Assembly (NCBI RefSeq): GCF_046119375.1
Contig: NW_027362769.1
Coordinates: 381,362,001 to 381,426,000 of the forward strand
Direction: 5' to 3'
Origin: Phyllobates terribilis
Lineage: Eukaryota
Length of the DNA: 64,000 bases
Shown: in pieces, positions 47,141 through 64,000 of the stretch
How the letters are laid out: the number at the start of each line of letters is the position of its first letter
How positions within the stretch are numbered: position 1 is the stretch's first letter
Program-made: the position numbers and the translations under genes
Notes under the pieces: model-generated
The model's database searches: none
What the model was told of the DNA's origin: nothing
What the model saw: only the letters and a program-made list of their open reading frames with translations

Positions 47141-47539
47141 TTAAAGGGAATCTGCCAGCAGGTTTTTGCTACCTGATTTGAGAGCAGCATGATGGAGGGG
47201 GCAGAGACCCTGATTCCAGCGGAGTCACTTTCTGGGCTGCTTACTGCAGTTTTGATAAGAAATCATTTTTCTCTGCTGCAGCTGTAGCAGTTGTCGGAGC
47301 TGTGTATAACCCCGTCCACACTACTGGTTGGCAGATTTCTGTGTACATTGTGCATAGGCAGAAAGTTGGCAATCAGTGGTCGGGACCGGTGGGAATACCC
47401 GGCAGCTGATTTACTAGTCCTCTATTATTAAAAATGGTGGTTTTATCAAAACTACATCAAGCAGCCCTGTAAGTGACATCACTGGAATCGGGGTCTCTCC
47501 CCCTATATTATGCTGCTCTCTGTGCTAGATTTCCTTTAA
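47141..47539. mobile_element. TTAA-flanked T2-type MITE
   Basis: ttaa-agggaatctg ... tagatttcct-ttaa. Confidence 0.6.
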
Positions 47540-47924
47540 AGTCTACCCGTTGCTGCAGGTGGAGACACCGGGGTCAGTGGGTGCTCTCATCCACTGGCCT
47601 GAGAACGCATGGACCAGGGCTCATCCTTCTGATCGCCCGCTCTCCTTTCTCGTGGGCAGAATACTACTCAGACAACACAGGGTGAGGGTAAAACAGCGTG
47701 GCAATACTTTATTGAACCACCCAATGGACAATAACACATAGAACAGTCCCAGCAAATACCCAAGATGGTGCAAATTAGAGTCTCACCCTTCCGCTGACTT
47801 GCCGGGATTAGACCCGCTGCGACTTTGGGGCTTCCAGGGCCGACTACCCCCACCAGTGGCCCCCCGGTTTCGGTGGGCACCCACAGTGAGGAGGTAATGA
47901 CACGCTTAGGAAGCCCTTTGAGTT

Positions 47925-48565
47925 ATAAGACCAGGTGACCGGAGGGTCCCAACCTGGCTTCTCCAAATGTATACATGGGGCCAGGTGACTGGATAGTTGC
48001 AACCTGGCATCTCCCAACATGTCCATGGGGGTCAGGTGACTGAAGGATCCCAACCTGGCTTTTCCCAATGTATCCATCGGGCCAGGTGCCGGGAGAAGCC
48101 AGGTTGGGATCCTTCGAACGTCTCCATGGGGCCAGGTGACCAGAGGGTCCCAACGTCTCCATGGGGCCAGGTGACCGGAGGGTCCCAACCTGGCTTCTCT
48201 CAACGTCTCCATGGGGCCAAGTGACCCGAAGGTCCCAACCTGGCTTCTCCCAACGTATCCAGGGGGCCAGGTGACCGGAAGGCCCCAACCTGGCTTCTAC
48301 CAATGTCTCCATGGGGCCAAGTAACCCGAAGGTCCCAACCTGGCCTCTCTGAACATATCCATGGGGCCAGGTGACCGGAAGGCCCCAACCTGGCTTCTAC
48401 CAATGTCTCCATGGGGCCAAGTAACCCGAAGGTCCCAACCTGGCCTCTCTGAACGTATCCATGGGGTCAGGTGACCCAAGAGTCCCAACCTGGCTTTTTC
48501 TCCCAACGTATCTATGGGGCCAGGTGACTGGATGGTTCCAACCTGCCTTCTCCGAACGTCTCCAT
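47925..48565. repeat. ~50-bp minisatellite (ccatggggccaggtgaccggaaggccccaacctggcttctaccaatgtct)
   Basis: Direct periodicity, diverged units. Confidence 0.88.
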
Positions 48566-49699
48566 CTCTTCAGTTTTGAGATGAAGGGGGCACACGTACG
48601 CCGTGCACATTACAATCGTCTTAAAGTGGTTGTCCATTATTTAGGATCATTTTTTAACTAGTGGAAAAGATTTAACAAAACATATAGTCTCCTACCCGAC
48701 CCCCCTCGATGCTCCTCTGTACCGTTGTTGGTGCTCCACGCCGGTCTTTTGGCTTTGCAGGGTGTCGACTGATTGGCTGCATCGGTGCCGTTCCATCAAG
48801 GTAGGAAAAAACAGTCTCCTCTAGCATGGATGTAATGTGACTGATACCACAGGCACCAAATGCTGGAGGAGGAGGGCAGTGGGGGTATGGTAGGTGTGGA
48901 CGAAAGTGGGTTGTAAAGGAGAGGAACGAGCTAATCCCTACGGTCTGTGACCACTGTAATATTGCGGTATATCGTCACATTACCTGTCTCCTATGAGGCC
49001 CAGCCACGGGAGCACACACATAGCAGACATGGGGGGTGGTGAGGTGGTCAGACGGCGTTGTCTTCCATCATTTCCAGCTGTCACATTGATGGTGGCATCT
49101 ATGAGGTTAAGCGCGTAGCAGTCAGGCTTGGTTGCCATCTACATGACACAGCTGAGCAGAGCGGCTTCGGCATTTGCCAGGATTTGCCAGCACAGATTAT
49201 GTTATAATAGCGATGTGTTGGCATCAAGTTGTGACATCTGAGTGTACTGGCCCTTTAAGAGCCGACTTTAAGGGACTGACTTGGATGATGTCTGCATTAG
49301 GTTTCCTAATAACCTTAATAATCTGTGTGACTGTGATACTCCCAGGATCTGTCTGGCCATGCTGGGCGTTGTAGTTTTGCTGCAGCAGGAGAAAGGCACC
49401 GGCTGGGGATCTGTGATGAGACGTCCTAGCACGTGCAGGGAGGAGGAGTCATGTGACCGATCAGCTGACACATTCCCCGCAGTAACCTAAGCTTCGGGTT
49501 AAACCATTATTACGACGACACGGAGGGGGAGATGAAATTGGATTCTTAATTCTCCGCCTCCTTAATCCATTCCGTATAATATCCGCCAATATTATCACGA
49601 AGTATAAAGTGAACATCTTGACAACAGAGTTCATTCCAAGCAATATTTTGGCCGATAAATATTTTAACCCCCCCCCCCCCTTCTATTGCGACACTTAAG

Positions 49700-49810
49700 A
49701 TCGTTCAAAGAAGCGGACGTCAGGCGCTGTCACGTGATGTAAACATGGCGGAGTGTCAGGTGAGTGAGGGCAGCTGCGGAGGACTGGGGCTGCTGCTGGG
49801 ACTTGTAGTG
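49700..49810 (+). promoter_or_regulatory. FLCN promoter and putative first 5'-UTR exon (donor at 49760)
   Basis: GTCACGTGAT CLEAR/E-box 49729-49738; YY1-like aaacatggcgg 49741-49751; CAG|GTGAGT donor; ZNF143-like ACTACAAGTCCCA (-, 49797-49809). Confidence 0.7.
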
Positions 49811-49936
49811 CCACCAGGGCTATAGGGAGAGCCCGATATACAGTCTCTGGTCAGTGCTGACTGTATTACTGGTGGGGACTGTCTGCAGGGACCCCACCAT
49901 CACAGGGGCTCCAGCAGGGGGGGGTGGACAAGCCCT

Positions 49937-50405
49937 TTAACCCCTTCCTGTCATAGACTATTTTCGCTTTTTTTCCTCCTCCTCTTCTTCCAAGAGCTGT
50001 AACTTTTTTATGTCTCTGTTCACATTGACGCATGTACCTTTACTGTTCATAGGAAAATTACTGATCTGATAAGGCAGCCATAGGCCAGGCTTCACATGAG
50101 TACCAAGATAGTGGCGACATGGGCGAGTAGTAGCCACCGGGGTTCACATGAGTACCAAGATAGTGGCGACATGGGCGAGTAGTAGCCACCGGGGGCCATG
50201 TGGACTCCTGGGGATTGTGGCGCTCGAGGGTCATCGCAATTACACAATTTAAATGCCCCTGACCGGGATTGACCGGCATATAAATGGTTAAAAGCCGCAA
50301 TCCGAGCTCCGCTCCGGTCACTGTTGATACTGGCAGGTGCGGACTGTACATCACAGCTGGCAACGGCTCCCAGACCCAGCGCTGAATGTGTCAGGAAAGG
50401 CTTAA
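49937..50405. mobile_element. TTAA-flanked MITE in FLCN intron 1
   Basis: ttaa-ccccttcctg ... tcaggaaaggc-ttaa. Confidence 0.6.
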
Positions 50406-50616
50406 AGGGAATCTGTCCTTGAGTTTATTCTATCTGAGGTCCTATAAGACAGGCACCATTAGCATGGTGTGGGGGGGAGGGGGGGTCACAGTTTTTCTTG
50501 TATTTGTCATTACAGCCCTGAGTATTAATGCTTCCTTCAGATGAGAGAGCGAAAACAATGTGACATATTCTCTTGAAGTAATAAAATTTTCAGCCACCTC
50601 TATCGAGACGAAATAG

Positions 50617-53327
50617 TATACAGATTTATACAGCCACCACTAGGGGGAGCTCACTACATACAGATTTATACAGCCACCACTAGGGGGAGCTCACTACATA
50701 CAGATTTATACAGCCACCACTAGGGGGAGCTCAGTACATACAGATTTATACAGCCACCACTAGGGGGAGCTCACTACATACAGATTTATACAGCCACCAC
50801 TAGGGGGAGCTCACTACATACAGATTTATACAGCCACCACTAGGGGGAGCTCAGTACATACAGATTTATACAGCCACCACTAGGGGGAGCTCACTACATA
50901 CAGATTTATACAGCCACCACTAGGGGGAGCTCACTACATACAGATTTATACAGCCACCACTAGGGGGAGCTCACTACATACAGATTTATACAGCCACCAC
51001 TAGGGGGAGCTCACTACATACAGATTTATACAGCCACCACTAGGGGGAGCTCAGTACATACAGATTTATACAGCCACCACTAGGGGGAGCTCACTACATA
51101 CAGATTTATACAGCCACCACTAGGGGGAGCTCACTACATACAGATTTATACAGCCACCACTAGGGGGAGCTCACTACATACAGATTTATACAGCCACCAC
51201 TAGGGGGAGCTCACTACATACAGATTTATACAGCCACCACTAGGGGAAGCTCGCTACATACAGATTTATACAGCCACCACTAGGGGAAGCTCGCTACATA
51301 CAGATTTATACAGCCACCACTAGGAGGAGCTCACTACATACAGATTTATACAGCCACCACTAGGAGGAGCTCACTACATACAGATTTATACAGCCACCAC
51401 TAGGGGGAGCTCACTACATACAGATTTATACAGCCACCACTAGGGGGAGCTCAGTACATACAGATTTATACAGCCACCACTAGGGGGAGCTCAGTACATA
51501 CAGATTTATACAGCCACCACTAGGAGGAGCTCGCTACATACAGATTTATACAGTCACCACTAGGGGAAGCTCGCTACATACAGATTTATACAGCCACCAC
51601 TAGGGAGGAGGTCACTACATACAGATTTATACAGCTACCACTAGGGGGAGCGCACTACATACAGATTTATACAGACACCACTAGGAGGAGCTCACTACAT
51701 ACAGATTTATACAGTCACCACTAGGGGGAGCTCACTACATACAGATTTATACAGTCACCACTAGGGGGAGCTCACTACATACAGATTTATACAGCCACCA
51801 CTAGGGGGAGCTCACTACATACAGATTTATACAGCCAACACTAGGGGGAGTTCACTACATACAGATTTATACAGCCACCACTAGGGGAAGCTCGCTACAT
51901 ACAGATTTATACAGTCACCACTAGGGGGAGCTCACTAGATACAGATTTATACAGCTACCACTAGGGGGAGCTCACTAGATACAGATTTATACAGCTACCA
52001 CTAGGGGGAGCTCACTACATACAGATTTGTACAGTCACCACTAGGGGGAGCTTACTAGATACAGATTTATACAGCTACCACTAGGGGGAGCTCACTACAT
52101 ACAGATTTATACAGTCACCACTAGGGGGAGCTCACTAGATACAGATTTATACAGCTACCACTAGGGGGAGCTCACTACATACAGATTTATACAGCCAACA
52201 CTAGGGGGAGTTCACTACATACAGATTTATACAGCCACCACTAGGGGAAGCTCACTACATACAGATTTATACAGCCACCACTAGGGGAAGCCCGCTACAT
52301 ACAGATTTATACAGCCACCACTAGGGGGAGCACACTACATACAGATTTATACAGCCACCACTAGAGGGAGCTCACTACATACAGATTTATACAGTCACCA
52401 CTAGGGGGAGCTCACTACATACAGATTTATACAGCCACCACTAGGGGGAGCTCACTGCATACAGATTTATACAGCCACCACTAGAGGGAGCTCACTACAT
52501 ACAGATTTATACAGCCACCACTAGAGGGAGCTCACTACATACAGATTTATACAGTCACCACTAGGAGGAGCTCACTACATACAGATTTATACAGTCACCA
52601 CTAGGAGGAGCTCACTACATACAGATTTATACAGCCATCACTAGGAGGAGCTCACTGCATGCAGATTTATACAGCCAACACTAGGGGGAGCTCACTACAT
52701 ACAGATTTATACAGCCACCACTAGGGGAAGCTCGCTACATACAGATTTATACAGCCACCACTAGGGGAAGCTCGCTACATACAGATTTATACAGCCACCA
52801 CTAGGGGGAGCTCACTACATACAGATTTATACAGTCACCACTAGGGGGAGCTCACTAGATACAGATTTATACAGCCACCACTAGGGGAAGCTCGCTACAT
52901 ACAGATTTATACAGCCACCACTAGGGGGAGCTCACTACATACAGATTTATACAGTCACCACTAGGGGGAGCTCACTAGATACAGATTTATACAGCCACCA
53001 CTAGGGGAAGCTCGCTACATACAGATTTATACAGCCACCACTAGGGGAAGCCCGCTACATACAGATTTATACAGCCACCACTAGGGGGAGCACACTACAT
53101 ACAGATTTATACAGCCACCACTAGAGGGAGCTCACTACATACAGATTTATACAGTCACCACTAGGGGGAGCTCACTACATACAGATTTATACAGCCACCA
53201 CTAGGGGGAGCTCACTGCATACAGATTTATACAGCCACCACTAGAGGGAGCTCACTACATACAGATTTATACAGCCACCACTAGGGGGAGCTCACTACAT
53301 ACAGATTTATACAGCCACCACTAGGGA
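50617..53327. repeat. 40-bp minisatellite (cagatttatacagccaccactagggggagctcactacata), ~68 units
   Basis: Very homogeneous direct periodicity. Confidence 0.98.
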
Positions 53328-53496
53328 GACCACAGTTTTAAGCTTTCTTTCCTATTCTGCTCGCTCTCTTCTTTCTTATTACTATTAATCTGTGTGTGAG
53401 CAGTGAGAGGAGGTGATGAACATCACTGATTATTCTACAGGATGAAACGTTGCTGTAAATTGACTCCACGGTATTGAAGATTGCCAAGTCACAGTC

Positions 53497-60950
<7,454 letters not shown>

Positions 60951-61844
60951 CTATATACAAAAAAAAAGGGACCCCTATATCTACCAGACTGGCGTCCATT
61001 GTAAATGTGTTGTAAGAACAGGAATACATGCGACTCTTGTTGACCCCATAGCGCCACGCCTATCTACAGGTTGTGTGCGGTATTGCAGCATGGCACGATT
61101 CACCTCATCAGGGGTGGCGCTGGAAGAAAGCAGCTGTGTTGTTTGTTTTGTTTTTTTGTGTTTCTTTTTAATTTCTGCACAACCGTTTTAAAGGAAACTA
61201 CTGTATGCGAGTGGAAAGGCGTCTGTCCGCATATACGCTCGTCTGAACAAGCCCTGAAAGCCGCAGCACGGCGGTGCCTTCTTATTATGACCGTGTGGTT
61301 ACTTTACCGATTTACCCCCTTTTTTTTAACTTATATACTATTTTGCTTCTCCATTCACAGCCAAAGGTGCATTCAGAGAGAGCTATTTATTGCAGGACTT
61401 GAGCATATAGTCTCTCTCCGTTTAGTAGGGGGCCGCACCGTGCCTTTTTTTTTTTTGCAAATGGAGGAATTTTTGCGGCACGCTCTATCAGAGGAGAAAA
61501 ATTTGACGGCAAAGAGAAGCTGCGCCAAACTGACGGAGATCATGAGGAAACTGATTATTAAGCCGGTGGGGTCCCATCCTCGGCCGCCCGGTCGGGGTCC
61601 CACCCTCGGCCGCCCGGTGGGGGTCCATCGCACAAAGGAATCTGGCTTCCGTTCCAGACGACTGAGATTGTTGAAAACTCCAATTTGCAAATTGGCGTTT
61701 TCACCATTTTTGGTCAGAAATCTAGAACAGAAGCCAGATTGCTTTGTGCAATGGACCCCCGCTGGTGGACCCCACAAACCGTTTTCTCATTGTTTTTAGA
61801 TTTTATAAAGGCGTGAAAGGTATTTTAACACTTTATTTAAAAAA

Positions 61845-61850
61845 AATAAA
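61845..61850 (+). terminator. Candidate FLCN poly(A) signal
   Basis: AATAAA ~900 nt after the stop codon, followed by a U-rich tract. Confidence 0.45.
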
Positions 61851-62880
61851 TTTTTTTTTCCTTTGGCACGACTTCATTTTTGAGTAATTGTACAAAGGAG
61901 TGAATGACGCCCGGGATGGACAGCATGGTCCCGGCCCAATGTAATTCGCTCTGACCGTCGCGGGCGTCTGAAGGATACCATTCATCTTACATACAATATA
62001 CAGATTTTTTATTTTTTTTACTTTTCTGACGATGAGATGGAAAAAAATAATAATCCGCCATTGGTTTTATGGCGTTCATTGTATGGTAAAAAATGCCGCG
62101 ATTCTCCAGCTCAGTAAGGTTCCACCATCCGCCATGCTTGGTGCGGACTCGCTCCGTCCACCCGCCCGTGTACGGTGGAGGTCGGGAAGCGGTTACCGTG
62201 AGAACAATCCGTAAAAGCGCGAAATGCGTTTCTGACTCCAGCGGACGATTTTGGTCGACTTTAAGTGAGCCACCGCCATTGTAAGTTGGGAGAACGCTGG
62301 CCTTGTCAGTCTCCATTTTGATGGAACCCAATTGGGCTTGGGTTTAGCAAAACCGTGACCAAAAGTGAAGAGTTCTTGTCCAGTTTTGGGGCACGGGTTT
62401 ACTTCTTATTAATGGGACCCCCCATACTGACATGGCGGTGGAGTAGTCGCCATTACATGAGTGTTAATCCTCCTCAGCGGGGGCCGTCACGTCTAGATCC
62501 TCCATACAGGCTTGTTTTTCTTTTCCATAAGAGACCTTACACCCCATTCACTGAGAAGCTTTATGGGGTAAAATTGGTCATTTTTCCCATCAGAAGCCAA
62601 ATTTGAATAGTGAATGAGACGTAGCCAAAAAAAGTTAATTAAGGGAATAAAACATTTTTATTATTATTTTCTACACTTAAAGCCCCCTGTTTGTTGTGAC
62701 TGCCCCCATACTGCCATAAATGTGTGTTTTATGCACGTTCCCAGTCATTTTCTTCTCAGAAACCATCAGTGGCAGCTTCTGCCTCAGCAGTAGGCGCCAT
62801 TTTGTGTCCTCCCTCGCTTCCCGCGCTCCGCCCCTGAGGCCTCACTTCCCGCCATTGTTCGGGCCCCGCCCCCCGCTGTC

Positions 62881-63280
62881 ATGGTCCCCGCGGTGTCCTG
62901 GCGGCGGCTCGGTGTGGCGGCGGTGGCCGTGGCGCTGGCTCTGGAGCTCGTGTACCGCTTCATGCGGCGGCGGCGGCGGCCGCCGGTGCGGGAGGTTCTG
63001 TTCTTCCCGGCTCCTCTGGTGTGTGCGGAGCCGCTGCTGAGCCCCGGGAGCCGCTGCTCCTGCCCGCTACCTCACCGCACGGACGGGCCGCTGTCAGCGC
63101 TGCTCAGGCGGCTCCTCGGGGCTCGGCGCTCGCTGGAGCTCTGCATCTTCACCCTCTCCAGCCTCCCGCTGGCCCGGGCCGTGCTGCTGCTCCATGGCCG
63201 CGGGGTGCGGGTGCGAGTCATCACCGACAGCGACTACATGGCGGCGGCAGGATCCCAGATCGGAGAGCTGAGGAAGGCGG
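62881..63280 (+). CDS. PLD6: Phospholipase D6 / MitoPLD / Zucchini, exon 1 (partial; exon 2 lies beyond the window)
   Basis: N-terminal TM segment, REVLFFP, CCCH zinc motif, [17 protein letters not shown]...[10 protein letters not shown]; donor G|GTAAGA at 63281; synteny downstream of FLCN. Confidence 0.94.
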
Positions 63281-63349
63281 GTAAGATGGCGGAGAGGAGG
63301 ATGGGGGCGGCGGTGACTGGGGAGTGTGGTGGGGAGTGTGGCAGCGGTA

Positions 63350-64000
63350 CATCTTGGGGGGCTGCGCTGACTGGGGCAGCGGTACATCTTGGGGGGCTGC
63401 GCAGACTGGGGCAGCGGTACATTGGGATTGGGGGGGGTTGCGCTGACTGGGGCAGCGGTACATGGGGGGGCTGCGCTGACTGGGGCAGCGGTACATGGGG
63501 GGGCTGCGCTGACTGGGGCAGCGGTACATGGGGGGGGCTGCGCTGACTGGGGCAGTGGTACATCGGGGTGGGCTGCGCTGACTGGGGCAGCGGTACATGG
63601 GGGGGGCTGCGCTGACTGGGGCAGCGGTACATGGGGGGGGCTGCGCTGACTGGGGCAGTGGTACATCGGGGGGGGTTGCGCTGACTGGGGCAGCGGTACA
63701 TCGGGGGGGGGCTGCGCTGACTGGGGCAGCGGTACATCGGGGGGGGGGCTGCGCTGACTGGGGCAGCGGTACTTCGGGGGGGGCCTGCGCTGACTGGGGC
63801 AGCGGTACTTCGGGGGGGGCCTGCGCTGACTGGGGCAGCGGTACATCTTGGGTGGCTGCGCTGACTGGGGCAGCGGTACATCGGGGGGGCTGCGCTGACT
63901 GGAGCAGCGGTACATCTTGGGGGGCTGCGCTGACTGGGGCAGCGGTACTTCGGGGGGGGCCTGCGCTGACTGGGGCAGCGGTACATCTTGGGTGGCTGCG
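63350..64000. repeat. 31-35-bp G-rich minisatellite in PLD6 intron 1 (runs off the window)
   Basis: Unit ggggggctgcgctgactggggcagcggtacat. Confidence 0.95.

Noticed and set aside
61071-61799. 242-aa ORF after FLCN
   Set aside because: GTG/TTG start, low-complexity T-runs, lies in the probable FLCN 3' UTR, no recognisable domain.
63281-63546. Apparent PLD6 ORF continuing to 221 aa
   Set aside because: Read-through into intron 1 satellite past the donor at 63281; the HKD-containing exon is outside the window.

Overview
Vertebrate genomic DNA, most likely a frog (inferred from the mix of Tc1, TTAA-flanked T2/Kolobok-like MITE, Gypsy and minisatellite families). It carries the conserved block NT5M(-) / COPS3(+) / FLCN(+) / PLD6(+), syntenic with human 17p11.2. 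I reconstructed the GT-AG spliced CDS by hand: NT5M has 5 exons (226 aa), COPS3 12 exons (423 aa), FLCN 11 coding exons (577 aa), and only exon 1 of PLD6 is in the window. About 25 kb (~40%, summed from my approximate coordinates) is minisatellite, in arrays up to 9.3 kb. Much of the rest is transposon-derived: a DD38E (Intruder-type) Tc1 in three copies, a DD34E Tc1, a decayed chromodomain Gypsy element, Penelope-like remnants with hammerhead ribozyme motifs, and MITEs. Most long ORFs in the six-frame track are repeat artefacts. Most notable observations: (1) eight TA-CTG-TA Tc1-type excision footprints amplified in a 45-bp satellite, at the same unit TA where an intact Tc1 still sits; (2) a ~590-bp palindromic Penelope-like insert with two mirror-image hammerheads; (3) a COPS3 intron-1 minisatellite in which each unit looks like an AG/GT-flanked 11-nt micro-exon; (4) two candidate unannotated exon sets near or inside NT5M. 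There are no CRISPR, rRNA or tRNA genes that I can support.
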